Part shown: one piece after another, positions 59,922 to 64,000 of the stretch
How the letters are laid out: each line of letters begins with the position of its first letter
Numbering within the stretch: position 1 is the first letter of the stretch
NCBI RefSeq assembly: GCF_009914755.1
Contig: NC_060926.1
Length of the DNA: 64,000 nt
Direction: 5' to 3' (one strand)
Origin: the human T2T-CHM13v2.0 reference genome, Homo sapiens
Position numbers and translations under genes: made by a program
Notes under the pieces: model-generated
What the model saw: only the letters and a program-made list of their open reading frames with translations
Databases searched by the model: none
Told to the model about the DNA's origin: nothing

Positions 59922-61011
59922 TAAAGAAATAGATCGTTGGATTATTATCCATCTGTATGAGGCTAGCTTTCCAGAATTCAGGTTTTCTGACTCCAAATTT
60001 GATGCTCTTCCCGTAGTACCACAAAGTGTGGGTTAGATGTGGATCATGGCGCCCAAATAACTTGAATACATACTGCTGGCATGGAAGATTAATGTGTTAA
60101 GGGAGCTGCCCAGATTTCTGGACATGGGCTGCTCTCGGTTTTTGTTGCATTAAGAATATTGACAGTCAAGGGAATACCAACTTTTTCTTAAATCTAATAT
60201 TTTACTAGGAAGAACATTAAAAGGATTCTTGGAGGCTAGTTATATAGAAGAGGAAGGTGATAGATAACTCCTTTTGAGGAAAAGATAGCACTTTTCTTAG
60301 GAGAGTCAGCCTAAAATCTCCCTGGCTGCTGAGAAAGCTTTCTGGATGATGGTTCCATGTCATCACCTCTCCTCACTCCTCATTCTTGGAAAAAGGGGTC
60401 TGCACAGCCTCACTGCTGCTTCGTCTGCTTTAGTCTCTTTTCATGGCTTCCTAAAGTGTCCCCATGCAGTTATCCCAGTCTCCCCACAGCAGGGCCCTGA
60501 GAAGAGTGCTCCGTGCAAACATGTCTGGGATTCATCTTTGCTGGGATTTGACTCCAGTCCCAGCTGCAGCTGCTGCCACACCTGTACCCCACAGAAGTTG
60601 TGATTCCTTAAACCTGCCCTGCATTTTGGCACCCTTGACACCCTGCCCTCTTGGTTTCTTCTGCAGGGAATCATTTCATGTGTCAGGATCAGTCTTTTGA
60701 GGTTCAGTTCAGATGCCACTTATTCTAGGCATTCCAGGAGGTTGGGGAGGTCAACATCCCTGCTTGGACTCCCTTCCTTTTAAGATTTGAAGTTTCAGCG
60801 CTTGATCATTCACCTGTGATTTTTCATTACTGCCTTTTGTTACAGTTCCAGTCTTTGTCTTTTTGTTTTCCCTGTATTTCGTGAAGTCTGGGAGCCTGAA
60901 GACCAAAGTCTGAATAGTCTGTCTTACACATACAAGCCGCTAAATATTTGCTAAAGAGCAAAATTAATGAAGTCAGTGTTATAGACTCCCTTATTGCTGT
61001 GGTTCCCAAAT

Positions 61012-61197
61012 TGAGGTTCTCAAAATGAGGTCCCCAGGTCAGCATCAGCATCATCTGGGAATTGGCTAGAAATGTAAAATCTCAGATCTCCACTTCTCAC
61101 CTACTGAATAAGAAATTCTAGGGTGGGTCCTACCAATAAGTGTTTCCAGCTACTCTGCCAGGTGGTTCTGGTGCACACTAAAATTTGAGAAATAGTC
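61012..61197. mobile_element. MER5A-like hAT MITE
   Basis: ggttctcaaa...cagcatcagcatcatctgggaa...agaaatg...aaaatttgagaa with inverted ends. Confidence 0.72.
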
Positions 61198-62181
61198 CCT
61201 TATTGGATCATTTGTACAATCTTTGCAAAATTTTGTGGTGGGGATGGAGAAGCAGACTCTTTAAGTTGCTCCCAAACAGGAGCAGGTATTATACCTGATT
61301 TCTTATAGAAGAATGAAGAGTTGGGGGAAAATATGTTTTTTAGAACAAAATTGTGAAACAGTGGGAAAAACATTAGCTACTCAGGAATGGACTCTGTCCT
61401 GCTTAAATTAGAGAAGCCGTTGAACATCTGTCTCAGCCACCTCTTCTGCCTCAGATGACCCTCAGGTGGGGTCAGTTACCTGCCTCAGTTCTCCCACAGT
61501 TGGCTCAAGAGCCACTATAGAAAGAGATATAAGTTTAGAAAAAATAGAGATAAACCTAATAGTGTGTGTAGGCTCTAAGGATAGTTCAGCAAGGCATCAA
61601 GGTTAGTTTCACTTATATTCTTAATAAATAATCTATTGAATTTAACCTTAAAAAACAAAAATCCCAGCAACTTGGCATCTGTAAGGGAGACAGATCAATA
61701 TCTAGGCTGCTTTCCTTATTTGAATAACTGCCAGGTCTGCTTCACAAGATTGTGTTGACCAGCAAATGATATGATCTATATGAAGTTTCCCTGGAAACAT
61801 CCATGTACTATTAAAATGTGAAGGATGGCTGTTGTTTCCATGACTGTATTCCTTTTAAAGAAAACTTCTACATATAAATGAACACTGACAATTCCAGTAT
61901 TGTTGATTACTAGTAAATATAGTACAGCAATTCAAGTAAGGACTTCAGGGTTTGTTTTTTCTTTTAACCTTCTGGAAAATAATGTGGACAGTGACAGAGC
62001 ATTAAGTTTTTAGTTAATGATAGCTCCACCTCTTGTGCACATAATCAAAACAGACCAGGTGGGGTTTAGCCACTTGTAGATCCTAGTGCCTTTTCTCTCT
62101 TGACAACTTTCTATCAACTCTGAAACCCAGCTATGAAAAACAAATGAAAGGGGGAAATAAAGGATAAGGGCATTGTAAGCA

Positions 62182-62496
62182 TTTTTCTTTTTTCTTTTTT
62201 TTTTTTTTTTTTGTTGAGATGGAGTGTCACTGTGTCGCCCAGGCTGGAGTGCAGTGGCATGATCTCAGCTCACCGCAACGTCCGCCTCCGGGTTCAAGCA
62301 ATTCTCTTGCCTCAGCCTCCCGAGTAGCTGGGATTATAGGCGCCCACCACCACGCCCAGCTAATTTGTGTATTTTCTGTAGAGATGGGGTTTCGCCATGT
62401 TGGCCAGGCTGATCTCCAACTCCTGACCTCAGGTGATCCACCCCCCTTGGCCTCCCAAAGTCCTGGAATTATAAGCGTGAGCCACTGCGCCTGGCC
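62182..62496 (-). mobile_element. AluS-type element
   Basis: Antisense Alu; TSD tgtaagcat. Confidence 0.9.
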
Positions 62497-62557
62497 CCTG
62501 TAAGCATGTTTTTCAAATGTTTAATATTCTCTGCTGCATTGACTTAAAAGTTTGACA

Positions 62558-62896
<339 letters not shown>

Positions 62897-63342
62897 TTAA
62901 AATGGCAGTTGTTGGCACTAACTTAGACTACTTTAAAAGCAGGAAGGATCCTAGGAAATAAAACACTAAAATAAAACTTTAAAAAATACAGGGCTTGCTC
63001 TTTTGGTATTCTACTTACTTATTAACAAATATTTATTGATTACCTGCTTTCCAGTGAGCAGCTGTCGTCTGGTTAAAAAGTGCATGGGTGTGTTTCAGCT
63101 GTGCTGGGAATGCTGGCTAAGCCAACTGATTAATAGAAGCAAGTGGAGAAATAAACTTGATCTAGGTAAGAGGTGAGGAACTGAGGTAGGGGAATCTGTG
63201 CAGGTTCAGGGTTACTGGACCTTAAAGTACAGAGTGAGGATGGGGTGGTAGGAAGGATTCTAGAAGGATAATAAAGGATGCAAGGCCCTGTTAGGTAAAG
63301 GAGTTTGGACGTAAGGCAGTGGGAAGGTACTGGAGGATTTTT

Positions 63343-63518
63343 ATTTTATTTATTTATTTATTTATTTTTGGAAACAGGGTCTCTGTCACACAGGCTGGAG
63401 TGCAGTGGCACAATCTTGGCTCACTGCAACCCTCTACCTCTTGGGCTCAAGCCATCCTTCCACCTCAGCCTCCCAAGTAGCTGGGACTACAGGCATGCAC
63501 CACCCACCATGCCCAGCA
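63343..63518 (-). mobile_element. Alu right-arm monomer (FRAM or truncated AluJ)
   Basis: Single arm with (TTTA)n tail; TSD tactggaggatttt. Confidence 0.85.
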
Positions 63519-64000
63519 ATACTGGAGGATTTTAAATAGGAGAGGATTTTAAATCTGGATTTTTAATTTAATTTTATTATTTTTATTTGTATATATTCAC
63601 GGATTGCAAGTGCAATTTGCTACATTCATGTATTGCATTGTGGTGAAGTCAAGGCCTTGAGTGTATCTATTACTGGAGCAATGCACATGATACCCACCAG
63701 GCAGCCTCTCATCCACTTCTTAAATATAAATATACCTATTTACATTTATATATAAATTTCTTAACTCTGGTCACTGAGGCATGCTTTATTCTCTCTCTAT
63801 ATATATAGAAAGGCTAGTCTGACTGCTGGTATGATGATCGTTTTGGAGGGTGCTGGTCAAGGAAGGAGACAGAAGACCAGTGTTTTATTTGCTGGAGTGA
63901 GAAACTTAGAAACGACATAACCTCCTAGAATTTTGAAAGTGAAATAGGGGACTTAGAACCTTGTTATTCAGTATAGATAGATGACTTGGGGTTTGTTGGA

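Overview
Primate, almost certainly human, genomic DNA from inside the SPTBN1 (beta-II spectrin) gene on the + strand. The window holds the end of intron 1, the first coding exon of the long isoform (22378-22572, [17 protein letters not shown]...), a ~32 kb intron, and a CpG-island promoter with an alternative first coding exon (ATG 54785, donor after 54893, MELQRTSSISGPLSPAY...). Both exons end in phase 1, so either can splice to the same downstream exon, which lies outside the window. The rest is repeat-rich intron: about 28 Alus, L1/L2/MIR remnants, solo LTRs (LTR8, MER4, MER21, MaLR), DNA transposons (MER1A, MER2, MER44, MER5A) and a processed RPL23A pseudogene. The most unusual object is a 2.6 kb HERV-H copy (2899-5545, minus strand) that is not a provirus: it is 5'-truncated in pol, ends at the LTR7 poly(A) site with no U5, has a poly(A) tail and sits in a 15-bp target-site duplication, which are hallmarks of L1-mediated retroposition. 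Also notable are uORFs in both SPTBN1 leaders, one with a TAATG stop/start overlap. I see no evidence for a new multi-gene system; nearly all ORFs in the track are repeat-derived or chance. Repeat names come from recalled consensus sequences and repeat boundaries are approximate.
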